From an uncultured Clostridium sp. (GTDB lineage: Bacteria; Bacillota; Clostridia; TANB77; CAG-508): a stretch of DNA of 64,000 nucleotides. Below the pieces are notes generated by a model. That model did no database searches. It saw only the letters and a program-made list of their open reading frames with translations, and was not told where the DNA came from. The stretch is from positions 1,930 to 65,929 of the forward strand of contig CAOKFZ010000005.1 of assembly GCA_948467875.1 (NCBI GenBank), written 5' to 3'. The stretch's first letter is position 1. The number at the start of each line of letters is the position of its first letter. The position numbers and the translations under genes are program-made. Positions 20,097-31,696 of the stretch are shown piece after piece.

Positions 20097-22625
20097 ATGG
20101 ATAGACAAGACGAAACAATCATTGAGAAAAATATCGAAAAAGAGATGAAAGATGCTTATATTGACTATGCTATGAGTGTTATTGTTGCACGTGCTTTGCC
20201 AGATGTTCGTGATGGTTTGAAACCAGTCCATAGAAGAATTTTATATTCTATGCATGAAGATGGCATTACGTCAGACAAGCCATACAGAAAATGCGCCAAT
20301 ACCGTTGGTTCTGTGCTAGGAAGGTATCATCCGCATGGAGATGCTTCTGTTTATGATGCCATGGTTCGTTTGGCACAAGATTTTTCAATGCGTTATACCT
20401 TAATTGACGGACATGGAAATTTTGGTTCGATTGATGGCGACAGCCCAGCAGCCATGAGGTATACAGAAGCAAGAATGGCGAAAATTTCAGAGCAAATGCT
20501 GGCTGATATTGAAAAAAACACAGTCAATTTTGAGCCAAACTATGATGACAGACTACAAGAACCAAGCGTTTTGCCAACCAAAGTGCCAGCTTTGCTGATT
20601 AATGGCTCATCAGGAATTGCAGTTGGTATGGCAACAAACATTCCGCCTCATAATTTAAAAGAAGTTGTGGATGGATTAATCAAAATTATTGAAAGTGACA
20701 ATGTTACAGATGAAGAGTTAATGAAAATTATCAAAGGTCCAGATTTTCCAACTGGAGCAACGATTTTAGGAAGAGAAGGCATCAAAGAAGCTTACACCAC
20801 AGGTAGAGGAAAAATTACGTTAAGAGCAGAGGCTGAAATTGAGGAAATGGCAGGCAATAGGCAGAAAATTGTAGTAAGTTCTTTGCCATATCAGGTCAAT
20901 AAAGCGAGATTGATTGAGAATATTGCAGCATTAGCAAGAGACAAGAAAATAGATGGCATTTCAGAAATTCGTGATGAGTCTGACCGTGAAGAAAAAGTAA
21001 GAGTTGTAATCGAGCTCAAGAGAGATGCTAAACCGCAATTGACGCTTAATCAACTTTATAAACATACAGCTTTACAAGAAACTTTCGGAATTATTATATT
21101 AGCATTAGTTGATGGACAACCTAAAATTTTGACTTTGAGACAATGTTTAGATGAATTTTTGAAACATCGAAGAGAAGTTGTTTTGCGCAGAACGAAATTT
21201 GAATTGGATAAAGCAGAAGCTAGAGCTCACATTTTGGAAGGTTTGCGAATTGCGATTGATAACATTGATGAAGTGATTGAAACGATTCGTTCTTCTTATG
21301 ACGATGCCAAAGAAAAATTGATGGAGCGTTTTGGACTTACCGATATTCAGGCGCAAGCGATTTTGGATATGCAATTAAAGAGATTGTCAGGTTTGCAACG
21401 TGAAAAAATTGAGGAAGAATATAACGAACTAATGAAATTAATTGCTTATTATAAAGATGTTTTGTCAAGTGAGAGCTTAGTATTTGACATTATTAAAACA
21501 GAGTTGCTTGAAATCAAGGAAAAATTTGGAGATGACAGATTAACCAAAATCGTGGCAGCAGAAGGCGAATTTGAGGTTGAAGATTTAATCAAGGAAGAGC
21601 AAACTGTTGTGGCTTTGACGAATTTTGGTTATATCAAAAGAGTTCCAGTGGATACATATAAGAGCCAAAGAAGAGGTGGAAAAGGAATTCAAGGCATGGC
21701 AACAAGGGCAGAGGATTTTGTGAAAGAAATTTTCACGACTTCAACACATGATATTATTTTATTTTTCACGAATACTGGAAAAGCTTATCAACTACGTGGC
21801 TATGAAGTGCCAGAAGCGGGAAGAACAGCCAAAGGAACGGCAATTGTAAACATTCTAAATTTGGAGCCAGAAGAAAAAGTTTCTGCGGTTATTCCAATTT
21901 CAAATTTTGCAGAAGGCAAATATATTTTGATGGCAACCAAAAATGGTATGATTAAGAAAACAGCCCTAACAGAATATTCTACGATTAGAAAAAATGGAAT
22001 CAAAGGTATCACGTTGAACGAAAATGACCGTTTGATTGATGTTCGTTTAACTGATGGAGAAGATAATGTTGTTTTAGTAAGCAAAAAAGGTTTGGCGATT
22101 ACGTTTGACGAAAAAGGTGCTAGACCACTTAGCAGAGGTGCAAAAGGTGTTATCGGAATGCGCTTGAATGAAGGCGACGAAGTCATTGGTATGGAGTCAA
22201 TTGTTCAAGGTGGAAAAGCTACATTGCTTGCGATTACAGAAAATGGTTTTGGAAAAAGAACAGAGTTAGATGAATATAGAGTGACAGGCAGAGGTGGAAA
22301 AGGGGTTATTACTTATAAAATAACACCGAAAACAGGCGATATTGTGGGAATTCGCATTGTAAGTGGCGATGAAGATGTTATGATGATTACAGACACTGGT
22401 ACGATTATTCGATTGAGAGTGGCGGATATTAGCATTCTTAGCAGGTCAACACAAGGCGTAACTTTGATGAGAACAAATGACGGAAAAGTGGTAAGTATAA
22501 CGACTTTAGAACATGATGAAGAAGCAGATGAGGAAGAAAATCAGCAAAAATCAGAAGAAGTAAAAGAAGAAATAGCAGAAAATAAGGAAGTTCAAGAAGC
22601 TGAGGAAACTGAGGAAAGAAAGTAA
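20097..22625 (+). CDS. gyrA: DNA gyrase subunit A
   Basis: [29 protein letters not shown], GyrA box QRRGGKG. Confidence 0.97.
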   Translation: MDRQDETIIEKNIEKEMKDAYIDYAMSVIVARALPDVRDGLKPVHRRILYSMHEDGITSDKPYRKCANTVGSVLGRYHPHGDASVYDAMVRLAQDFSMRYTLIDGHGNFGSIDGDSPAAMRYTEARMAKISEQMLADIEKNTVNFEPNYDDRLQEPSVLPTKVPALLINGSSGIAVGMATNIPPHNLKEVVDGLIKIIESDNVTDEELMKIIKGPDFPTGATILGREGIKEAYTTGRGKITLRAEAEIEEMAGNRQKIVVSSLPYQVNKARLIENIAALARDKKIDGISEIRDESDREEKVRVVIELKRDAKPQLTLNQLYKHTALQETFGIIILALVDGQPKILTLRQCLDEFLKHRREVVLRRTKFELDKAEARAHILEGLRIAIDNIDEVIETIRSSYDDAKEKLMERFGLTDIQAQAILDMQLKRLSGLQREKIEEEYNELMKLIAYYKDVLSSESLVFDIIKTELLEIKEKFGDDRLTKIVAAEGEFEVEDLIKEEQTVVALTNFGYIKRVPVDTYKSQRRGGKGIQGMATRAEDFVKEIFTTSTHDIILFFTNTGKAYQLRGYEVPEAGRTAKGTAIVNILNLEPEEKVSAVIPISNFAEGKYILMATKNGMIKKTALTEYSTIRKNGIKGITLNENDRLIDVRLTDGEDNVVLVSKKGLAITFDEKGARPLSRGAKGVIGMRLNEGDEVIGMESIVQGGKATLLAITENGFGKRTELDEYRVTGRGGKGVITYKITPKTGDIVGIRIVSGDEDVMMITDTGTIIRLRVADISILSRSTQGVTLMRTNDGKVVSITTLEHDEEADEEENQQKSEEVKEEIAENKEVQEAEETEERK

Positions 22626-22814
22626 GAATGGTAAGTAAATATAAAACGCAAATGGAGTATGCAAAGCGAAATAACATAGTGAAAATAGGGTTTGATGATA
22701 GAAAAGAGATTCGAGAAAGAATTAAAGTGAATATGTAAAAGAAGGAGAGAAAAATACAGAAGAATAATCAGAGAATTTGTATATAAATATATAGAAGAAA
22801 ATAAGTAATAAGGA

Positions 22815-23078
22815 ATGGAAAAAACTAAAAAAATGAGTAAAGATGTGAAAGAAATAATAAATAAAATAATTATGATAGTAGTATGGATAATCATGTTAAA
22901 AATCATATTTTCAGGAATAGGAGGGATAATTATACTTGCCGAATATAAAGAGCGAAAAGAAGAGAAACAGAGGTATGAGGAGAAAATAGAAGAAGAGAAA
23001 GAGAGAGAATATGAAAATTATATAGAGCAAATGGAGTTTGAGAAGGATTATCAAAATAGGGTGAGGAAAGAATATTAA
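22815..23078 (+). CDS. Possible small single-TM protein
   Basis: Hydrophobic stretch plus charged tail in a purine-rich low-complexity region; weak RBS. Confidence 0.35.
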   Translation: MEKTKKMSKDVKEIINKIIMIVVWIIMLKIIFSGIGGIIILAEYKERKEEKQRYEEKIEEEKEREYENYIEQMEFEKDYQNRVRKEY

Positions 23079-23616
23079 AAAAGAGGGGGTGATGTCCCTT
23101 TTTAGATATCAGTATCTTGAAAATCTTGTAAGAAAAGTAAAACAGGTAGGATAGAGCACTTAGTTTGAGTACCACTTGTAAATAATTTACAAGAAACGAG
23201 ACCTGTGGTAGAAATAGTAAGATGAGAAATGTTAGTGTCGTCTATAGTATTGTTGAGGTGGTAAGCAGTAAGAATCATATTATTGACAGTTATACTTTGA
23301 GGGGGATGTAATATTAGTTTGAAAATTCAAAGTATAAGTTTGAGCGGGAGTGCAAGGAAAAACGATAGGACCATAAATTTTAGCAAGTGTTTTATTTTCA
23401 TTAGTAATAGAAGATAAATGAAAACTAGTGTCCAAAGGTGTAACTTGATTACTAGAAGGGTCGACAATTTAGTATATTTAGTTAGATTATTTATATTAAA
23501 TTGATTATTAAGAGAAGAAATAAAATTAATTTTAGTTAAGGTGCTATACATCAAGTATATGGTACCTTAGATAGTCAATAAAGACTAAGAAATTATTGAG
23601 ACTTTATTGATTATAT

Positions 23617-23648
23617 GAGCCTATCTTAATTTCAAGATAGGCTCTTTT
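23617..23648 (+). terminator. Intrinsic terminator
   Basis: GAGCCTATCTT/AAGATAGGCTC followed by TTTT. Confidence 0.65.
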
Positions 23649-23746
23649 GTAATACATAAATTTTTTTAAAATATTAAAAAAACTACTTGAATTATTCTTG
23701 ACTTAAGTATATAATAAAATAGAATATGTACGAAAGGTCAAATATC

Positions 23747-25202
23747 ATGATAAAAAGCATACAAATCAAGATTGTTATGGTTTTTATGATTTTAGGAATT
23801 GTCGTTATTACGGGACTTGGTTTGACGTTTATCGGACAACTAAATTATGTGAACTCGCAAGTCGAAACAACTGATATGACAAGTACGCAAATACAACAAT
23901 TGCTAACCAGTCAAATGGAACAAATTCGAAAAATTATCTATGTATCTTTAGTAATTTTTACTGTATTGATTATTATTCTTGCGATTTTTATGGCTAAAGT
24001 GATTATAAAACCGATAGCAAGACTGGTGAAAAGCGCAGAAATGATAGCAAGTGGGCAGGATATTGAAATTGAATATCTTGCAGACAATAAAAACAAAACC
24101 GAAATTGATGAATTAGTAGAAGCTTTTAGTATTATGAATACGGAATTAAAGGAAAATTTGAATGAAGTAACAAGGCAGAAAAAGCAAATTGAAACCATTC
24201 TTTTACATATGACAGATGGCATTGTGGCTTTTGACAAACATGGCAAAATAATTCATATGAATTTGGCAGCGAAAAAATTGCTAGATATTTCACAAGAGCA
24301 AAATTTTGAAGAAGTTTTTCATAAATTTGATGTAGATATCAATCTTGAGAAAATTATTTATTTAGACGATTGGACATCCTCTGAGAAAAAATTAAATCTA
24401 GAAAATCAGTCAATTAATTTATTTTTTGCACCATTTAAAAATGAAAATGACAAGCCAGCAGGTGTGATTGTGGTGGTGCAAGATATCACAGAACAAGAAA
24501 AATTGGATAGTATGCGAAAAGAATTTATGGCAGATGTGTCGCATGAATTAAAAACACCAATTACTTCGATTATGGGATATGCTGATACGCTCATTGATTC
24601 TGATGTAGATGCAGAAAATCAGAAAAAATTTTTGTCTCGCATTTCTTCTGAGGCAGAAAGAATGTCGAAATTGGTGGCTGATTTGTTGATATTATCCAAA
24701 TATGACACCGCAAAAATCAAGGTTGAGAAAACAGAATTTGATTTAGGAGAACTTGTCAAATATGTTTTTGAAGGACAAATGATAGAAATGCAGAAAAAAG
24801 ATTTGACAGGAGAATGTTATGTGACAGCTGATGTACCGCCAGTTTATGCTGACAAAAGTGGAGTTGAGAGAGTTGTTATTAATATCTTATCAAATGCCAT
24901 AAAATATACGCAGGCACGGCGGGAACATTACAGTATATGTAGGGTTTGTTTATAATGATGCTTATATAAAAATCAAAGATACAGGACGTGGTATTCCAGA
25001 AAGCGACTTAGAAAAAATCTTTGAAAGATTTTACAGAGTGGATAAAGCAAGAGCTAGGGAAACTGGCGGAACAGGTTTAGGTTTGTCGATTGCCAAAGAA
25101 ATCATTGAGCAAAATGATAGTAGAATCGATGTGAAAAGTGAAGTGGGCAAAGGTACTGAAGTAATTATCAGGATACCTACCAAAATTAAATACGAGAGAT
25201 AA
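23747..25202 (+). CDS. HAMP-PAS sensor histidine kinase (WalK/PhoR-like); +1 shift at CGG 24917
   Basis: H-box VSHELKTP and N-box NAIKY before the shift; [28 protein letters not shown] in the +1 frame 24918-25202. Confidence 0.9.
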
Positions 25203-25216
25203 AAGGAGAGGTTGTT

Positions 25217-26203
25217 ATGAAGAAATTTAAAAAAGTAGTTTTAGCATTGTTGGTAATGTTGATTTTATTGGGAACGATATCATATGGGGCATCTATAGAG
25301 GAAACGTTGAAAAATTTTGGAGGCTTGAAGTATGTTTGCATAGGTGCAGGCGTTGTGCTTATTTTGCTTGTTTTGTTGATTAGCTACAAAACCGATAAAT
25401 CACAAGAAGAAAAGTCAAATCGTATGCTTCAAGATGATGACGATGATGAGTATGATGAAGAATATGACGAGGAAGATGATTTTGAAGAGAAAAAAGTGGC
25501 AAAAGAACAAAGTTTATATGCTTCATTTGATGACGATGATTTTGACGAGGATGACGAAGAAGATTTTGAGGATGATGAATATGATGACGATTTTGATGAA
25601 GATGAAGACGAAGAAGATTATCAACCAAATACAAGAAAATCGAAATTCCAATTAGATGAAATCTTTGATGAAGATATTGCAAATGACGATTTTGATGAGG
25701 ATGACGAAGAAGATTTTGAGGATGAAGAGTATGACGATTTTGATGAAGACGAAGAGGACGAGGAAGAAAATTATTTTAGTAGTGACGATGATGAAATTAG
25801 TTTAGAAGATGATTTTTTAAGACAAATGAATCAAAATTTGTCAGTAGATGATGATGATGAAACAGAAGAATTTTTCTCTGTAACAGAGGAACCAAAAAAG
25901 AAAACAACAAGAAAAACAGCTGCTAAAAAGACAACAAAAGCAGAAGTAGAAGCTCCAAAGAAAACGACAAGAAAAACGACGGCGAAAAAAGAAACGAAAA
26001 AGGCAGTTACTAAAAAAGAACCAGCCAAAAAGACGACAACCAAAAAAACAGCAACTAAAGTAGAAAAAGAAGAAAAACCAAAAAAGACGACTACGAGAAA
26101 AACGACTACAACTAAAACCGCAACAAAGAAAACAACGTCTACCAAAACAACAGCCAAAAAAGAACCAGCTAAAAAAACAACTCGTAAGAAAAAAGAAGAA
26201 TAA
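25217..26203 (+). CDS. Membrane protein with long D/E-rich tract and histone-H1-like K/T/A tail
   Basis: AAGGAG RBS, signal/TM plus second TM, compositional blocks. Confidence 0.7.
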   Translation: MKKFKKVVLALLVMLILLGTISYGASIEETLKNFGGLKYVCIGAGVVLILLVLLISYKTDKSQEEKSNRMLQDDDDDEYDEEYDEEDDFEEKKVAKEQSLYASFDDDDFDEDDEEDFEDDEYDDDFDEDEDEEDYQPNTRKSKFQLDEIFDEDIANDDFDEDDEEDFEDEEYDDFDEDEEDEEENYFSSDDDEISLEDDFLRQMNQNLSVDDDDETEEFFSVTEEPKKKTTRKTAAKKTTKAEVEAPKKTTRKTTAKKETKKAVTKKEPAKKTTTKKTATKVEKEEKPKKTTTRKTTTTKTATKKTTSTKTTAKKEPAKKTTRKKKEE

Positions 26204-26243
26204 AGTTTTTAGTCAATTATTACAAGGAAGTGAAACCTGAAAA

Positions 26244-26876
26244 ATGAGTGATAGAATGAAAAATATATTGGAGTGGGCGTATTGCATTGTAATAGCGTTG
26301 GTTCTTGCATTACTATTTCGTTATTTTATTGCAACCCCAACCATTGTACAACAAAGGTCAATGTATCCAACACTTCAAAATAATCAGCGTTTAATTTTAA
26401 ATCGAACGTTAAGAATTACAAAGAAAAAGCCAGAAGTAGGGGATATTATTACATTTGAGGAACCATCTAAAAAGGCATATGCGCCAGAAGAGGCAAATCA
26501 AAGTAACCCAGTGGCTATTTACGATAATGAACCAAAAGGAATATTGGGAAAATTTGTTTATTATGGACTAGAGTTTACCAAAAGAAGCTATATTAAAAGA
26601 GTGATTGCAACAGAAGGGCAACATGTGATGATAGAAAATGGGAAAGTTTATATTAATGGAGTGGAACTGGAGGAAAATTATTTAGGACCAGATGTTGTAA
26701 CAGAAGCAAAAGTGTTTAATGATTTTATTGTGCCAGAGGGTTATATTTTTGCGATGGGAGATAACCGCGCAAGAAGTACAGATTGTCGAGATATTGGGTG
26801 TATTCCATTGGAAAAAGTAGAAGGAATTGTTATTTTGAGATTTTGGCCATTGAGCAATTTTGGAAAAGTAAAATAA
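26244..26876 (+). CDS. lepB: Signal peptidase I
   Basis: SMYPTL, YIKRVIA, MGDNR..STDCR. Confidence 0.92.
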   Translation: MSDRMKNILEWAYCIVIALVLALLFRYFIATPTIVQQRSMYPTLQNNQRLILNRTLRITKKKPEVGDIITFEEPSKKAYAPEEANQSNPVAIYDNEPKGILGKFVYYGLEFTKRSYIKRVIATEGQHVMIENGKVYINGVELEENYLGPDVVTEAKVFNDFIVPEGYIFAMGDNRARSTDCRDIGCIPLEKVEGIVILRFWPLSNFGKVK

Positions 26877-26920
26877 AATCCACAAGTAACCGACAAGAAA
26901 AAAAGTAAGGGAGGTTGCAA

Positions 26921-27817
26921 ATGAGTTTTGACCATATTATTGGAAACCACAAAATACAAGAATATTTGATAAAAACAAGTACAGCAAATCTAATTTCACA
27001 GAGTTATTTGTTTGTTGGAACAGAAGGAATTGGCAAACTTCTTATGGCTAAGGAGTTTGCTAAAAAAGTTTTGTGCCTAAAAAAGGAGGAACCTTGTGAA
27101 TGCAAATCTTGCAAATGTTTTGAAGGACAAAATCATCCTGATTTTTATGTCTTAAATGAGAGTGGTGATACGATTAAAATTGACCAGATACGCGAAATTA
27201 CACGCAAAATCATTGAGCCTCCAATTGTGGCAAACAAAAAAGTTTACATCATAAATGACTGCGAAGAAATGACCGTAGAAGCGCAAAATTGTTTGCTAAA
27301 AACACTAGAGGAGCCACCAGAATTTGCGGTCATTATTTTGGTTACTTCAAGGGAAAATCTAATTTTGAATACCATCAAATCAAGGTGCATGATGCTGAAA
27401 TTTAAAAATATTCCAAATGATGAATTGAAAAAATACGCAATGGAGAAATTGGGTTTTGAGCAAGTAACAGAGGATTTATTAGAGTCGTTTAATGGAAATA
27501 TTAAAGAAGCGATTTTTCAAAAACAAATTCAAGATGAGCTTGCGCAGATTAGGCGCGTGGTGGATGACTTGGCAACAGAGGATATTACCACGATAATGAA
27601 TGAGGCAAAAGTGCTTTATAATAAAGATGATATTGATGATTATTTGCCGTATTTATCAGCCTTTGCGTTTCGAAAAGGGCTGGACCACAAGGAGTATTTG
27701 GGGTGTGTTGAAAAGGTAAAAAATTGCAACGAGCGTTTAAAACGCAATTGCAATTTTGATATGTGTATTGACACAATGCTATTAGAGATGTGGGAATGTG
27801 TGAGGAAAGGAATATAA
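26921..27817 (+). CDS. holB: DNA polymerase III delta-prime subunit
   Basis: GTEGIGK, Zn cysteines, HPDF, AQNCLLKTLEEPP, TIKSRC; followed by ricT. Confidence 0.88.
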   Translation: MSFDHIIGNHKIQEYLIKTSTANLISQSYLFVGTEGIGKLLMAKEFAKKVLCLKKEEPCECKSCKCFEGQNHPDFYVLNESGDTIKIDQIREITRKIIEPPIVANKKVYIINDCEEMTVEAQNCLLKTLEEPPEFAVIILVTSRENLILNTIKSRCMMLKFKNIPNDELKKYAMEKLGFEQVTEDLLESFNGNIKEAIFQKQIQDELAQIRRVVDDLATEDITTIMNEAKVLYNKDDIDDYLPYLSAFAFRKGLDHKEYLGCVEKVKNCNERLKRNCNFDMCIDTMLLEMWECVRKGI

Positions 27818-28741
27818 ATGAAACAGGTTGTTGGTATAAAATTCAAAGAAACTGGGAAAGTGTATTATTTTGACCCAGGGGATTTAAAATTAAGAGAAGG
27901 ACTTCATGTAATCGTGGATACAGCGATGGGAGAGGAATATGCGATTGTAACGATTCCCAATAAAGAAGTGGAAGATAGAGAAGTTACGGAACCTCTAAAA
28001 AAAGTGGTTCGAGTAGCTTCTTATAAAGAAAGAAAAGTGCGTGAGGATTTTAAGAAAAAGGAAAAAGAGGCATTTGATAAATGTTTAGAGCAAATCAAGC
28101 AATATGACTTGCCGATGAAATTGATTGAAACAGAGTATAAATATGATGGAAGTAAGCTGACTTTTTATTTTTCGTCTGAAAAAAGGATTGATTTTAGAGA
28201 GCTTGTAAAATCATTGGCAGCTATTTTTAAAACACGAATTGAGATGCGTCAAATTGGGGTAAGAGATGAAGTCAAAAGATTAGGTGGAAATGGAATTTGT
28301 GGCAGAGAATTGTGCTGTTGTTCTTTTTTGAGGAATTTTGAAACGGTTTCGATTAAAATGGCAAAAGAGCAAAATATGTCATTAAATCCAAGCAAAATTT
28401 CAGGAAATTGTGGACGCTTGATGTGTTGTCTAAAATACGAACACAATGTTTATTGTGACAAATTGAAAGGATTGCCCAAAATTGGGGCAGAAGTGAAAAC
28501 CCAAGACGGAATTGGGGAAGTATCTGCTGTGGAGACGTTGAAAGAAATGGTTCGTGTGAAATTTCGTGAAAATGGGGAAACTTTTTTCAAAAAATACAAT
28601 GCGAAAGATGTTGTTGTGTTAAAAGACTCTAATAAGCATGATGATGACAAAATCGAGCCAGAGAATGAAGAAGATTTAAAAGAACTTGAAAAATTGGAAA
28701 AGTTAGAAAAAGAAGAAAAAGCAAACAGGGAAAACAAATGA
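27818..28741 (+). CDS. ricT: PSP1-domain protein RicT/YaaT
   Basis: RIDFRELVK, GICGRELCC, KISGNCGRLMCCLKYE. Confidence 0.92.
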   Translation: MKQVVGIKFKETGKVYYFDPGDLKLREGLHVIVDTAMGEEYAIVTIPNKEVEDREVTEPLKKVVRVASYKERKVREDFKKKEKEAFDKCLEQIKQYDLPMKLIETEYKYDGSKLTFYFSSEKRIDFRELVKSLAAIFKTRIEMRQIGVRDEVKRLGGNGICGRELCCCSFLRNFETVSIKMAKEQNMSLNPSKISGNCGRLMCCLKYEHNVYCDKLKGLPKIGAEVKTQDGIGEVSAVETLKEMVRVKFRENGETFFKKYNAKDVVVLKDSNKHDDDKIEPENEEDLKELEKLEKLEKEEKANRENK

Positions 28742-28763
28742 AAAATAAAAGGGGTAAAATTTC

Positions 28764-30044
28764 ATGAAAAAACTGATTAAGAATGCTTATATTTTGGATA
28801 TGGTTGGAGAAGAGTCGAACATTAGGAAATCGGATATTTTAATTCAGGATAATCGAATTGCCAAAATTGAAACTGAGATAGAGGAAGAAGCAGATGAAAA
28901 AATCAATGCCAAAAACATGATTGTGATGCCAGGTTTGGTTAATACGCACACACATTTAGCAATGAGTATTTTTAGGGGTTATAAAGATGACCAAAAATTG
29001 ATGGACTGGTTAGAAAACGCGATTTTTCCAGTAGAAGATAAATTGGAGCCAGACGATATTTACTGGAACTCTTATTTGTCATGCATTGAAATGATAAAAT
29101 CTGGGACGACTACTTGTAATGATATGTATTTTGGCATGAATAAAGTTATTGAATCTATTGAAGATACTGGTTTGAGGGCAGTTGTTGCTTGGTGCATGAC
29201 AGATGATGCGATTGGTGATAAAGTGGAAAAAACAAGAGAATATGCTCAAAAATACAATGTTCCAGAAAGTAGAATTAAAATTTTTACTTCGCCACATGCG
29301 CCTTATTCTTGCAATCCAGACACGATAAAATTATGTGTGGATTTGGCAAAAGAGCTCCACACAGGACTTCATATTCATTTGTCAGAAACGTTGGCTGAAG
29401 AAAAAACGATTTATGAAAAATATGACAAACGTGGCACAGAATATTTGAATGATTTAGGTGTTTTTGATGTGCCAGTTGTTTTGGCGCATGGAATTTATAT
29501 TTCAGATAGTGATATTGATATTTTGAAACATATCAAAGGTGGCATTTCGCATAATCCGATTAGTAATTGCAAATTGTCTTCTGGTATTTGTGATGTTGTC
29601 AAACTAAGAAAAAATGGTATTTCTGTTGGTTTGGGAACAGATGGAATTGGAAGTACAACAACTTTGGATATGTTTGAAGAAATGAAAATGGCGTCGTATT
29701 TGCAAAAAGTGAAAACGAAAATACCGACTTCAATTACTGCATACGAAGTTTTGAAAATGGCAACAATTGAAGGCGCAAAAGTGTTAGGCTTGGAGGACGA
29801 AATCGGAACCTTAGAAGTTGGAAAAAAAGCAGATATGATTTTTATTAAAACCGATAAAATTCATTTATGTCCAGAAAATGATGTTTGTGCGAATATTGCT
29901 TATTCAGCCAATGGTGCCGATGTTGACACGGTTATCATTGACGGAAAGGTGATTATGCAAAATCGAAAAATGTTACATAGCAATGAAAAAGAAGTGATGA
30001 AGCAAGTGAAGAAAATTGCCAAGAAATTGTTGGAGCATAATTGA
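28764..30044 (+). CDS. mtaD: Amidohydrolase, 5-methylthioadenosine/SAH deaminase family
   Basis: PGLVNTHTH, HIHLSET, HNPISNCKL, GLGTDG. Confidence 0.75.
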   Translation: MKKLIKNAYILDMVGEESNIRKSDILIQDNRIAKIETEIEEEADEKINAKNMIVMPGLVNTHTHLAMSIFRGYKDDQKLMDWLENAIFPVEDKLEPDDIYWNSYLSCIEMIKSGTTTCNDMYFGMNKVIESIEDTGLRAVVAWCMTDDAIGDKVEKTREYAQKYNVPESRIKIFTSPHAPYSCNPDTIKLCVDLAKELHTGLHIHLSETLAEEKTIYEKYDKRGTEYLNDLGVFDVPVVLAHGIYISDSDIDILKHIKGGISHNPISNCKLSSGICDVVKLRKNGISVGLGTDGIGSTTTLDMFEEMKMASYLQKVKTKIPTSITAYEVLKMATIEGAKVLGLEDEIGTLEVGKKADMIFIKTDKIHLCPENDVCANIAYSANGADVDTVIIDGKVIMQNRKMLHSNEKEVMKQVKKIAKKLLEHN

Positions 30045-30127
30045 TGTTTATATTATGAAAAAATGATTGACATTTGAGAATAATTTGATATAATAAAGGA
30101 AAGATAGATAAAAAAGGAGGGAAAAAA

Positions 30128-30316
30128 ATGGCCTATAAAATAACGGATAAATGTATAAGTTGTGGTGCATGCGCAGGTTCATGCCCAGTAAGCTGTATTT
30201 CAAGTGGAGATACAAAATATGTAATTGATCCAGAACAATGTATAGAGTGCGGAACATGTGCAGGGGTTTGTCCAGTAGGTGCGCCAGTAAAAAATGAAGA
30301 AAATAACGAAGCATAA
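30128..30316 (+). CDS. 2[4Fe-4S] ferredoxin
   Basis: Two CxxCxxCxxxCP motifs; promoter TTGACA..TATAAT at 30067-30095; AGGAGG RBS. Confidence 0.95.
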   Translation: MAYKITDKCISCGACAGSCPVSCISSGDTKYVIDPEQCIECGTCAGVCPVGAPVKNEENNEA

Positions 30317-30361
30317 ACAATAATCAAGAGATTACTAAAATCAGTAATCTCTTTTATTATA

Positions 30362-31499
30362 TTATTTTTTGACTTCTCCCAACAATATTTCACAAATGGT
30401 TTTTGTCGAATTGGGTTTAGCAAGGGCGATGGTGTTTTCTTTCATAAGAGGCAGTTTTTGCGTGTCGCGATATAGTGTTTTCAAGGCTCTTGCAACATTA
30501 TCGTTTTTCTTAATCCAAATAGCTACGCCTTTTTCTACCAAGAATTCTGCGTTTTCTTCTTCTTGCCCGGGAATTGGATTAATAATTATCATCGGCAAAT
30601 GCGAGGTCAAACTTTCTGTGGAAGTAAGTCCGCCAGGTTTGGTAATGACAAAAGAAGAAATCGACATTAATTCAGGCACTTGATTGGTATATTCCAAAAC
30701 TTTGATTCTTTCTTCGGAATCAGTAACTTTTACTAACTCGTCAAATTTTGCTTTGATTTTTGGATTTTTACCAGAAATTGCAACCACTTGTGTTTTTGAA
30801 AACAAGCGAATTAGCGCCTTTAACACCATAATGGTAGTTTTGTTACCAAGCCCAAACTCGCCTCCTGCAAAAAATAAAATGACTTGCTCATTTGGATTTA
30901 GGTCGAATTCTGCGCAAATTTTTTCACGGTCAAAATGTTCTTGAAATTTCTCCGAAACAGGAATTCCAGAAACATAAATCTTATCTTCAGAAATTCCATA
31001 TTCAATCATGTCACTTTTCATTTGTTGATTAGAAACAAAAAAATAATCGCAATATTCGTTAAAAACAAGCCATTGCCCATGAATGTGAAAATCTGTTAAA
31101 ATGGTTGCCAAGGGGCAATTGATTTTACCTTTTTTCTTTAAAATACCACACATTTGTGTGCCAAAAGGATGGGTCGAAATAATCAAATCTGGCTCGAAAT
31201 CTTGCAACAATTTATTTAATTTAATTGAAAATAGCTTATTGGAAGTCGTGACAGCTTTAGAAGTCAAACCATGATTGGAAGAATGGTACGCTCGTTTCCA
31301 AGCCCAAGGAGCTTTTTTGGCAGCTTCATTGTAGCTTTCAGCCAATAATTTATTCAAATATTTGTTGATATATTCGATACAATCTACTAATTTTACTTCA
31401 ATATCGGAAGTATTATTTTTTATGTAATTTTCAACCGATTTTGCGGCAGATAAGTGGCCGTCCACCATAGGAACTATAAAAGATTAAGATTTTTTTCAT
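30362..31499 (-). CDS. ugtP: UgtP/MGDG synthase-family glycosyltransferase (GT28); +1 shift at CGG 31460-31458
   Basis: ATG 31499 gives MKKILIFYSSYGG; skipping one C continues GHLSAA (GGGH motif); also STHPF, TKPGGLT, PGQEEEN. Confidence 0.85.
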
Positions 31500-31696
31500 A
31501 AATCCCCCAATTCTCACACTTTTTATCAATCTTATCATATTTTATTTGCAAGTTCAATAGAGAAATTATTAATTTTGTATGAAGAAACGCAAATGTAAGC
31601 TCTAGTTGACAAATTGCAAGCCAAAGATGGTAGAAAAAAATCTTAATTTGTGGTATAATTAAAATATATTTTAATAAAGAAAGTAAGGTGGTACAA

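Noticed and set aside
25430-26200. CRISPR array or non-coding tandem repeat
   Set aside because: The repeats are in-frame low-complexity coding sequence with no repeat-spacer structure, and there are no cas genes in the window
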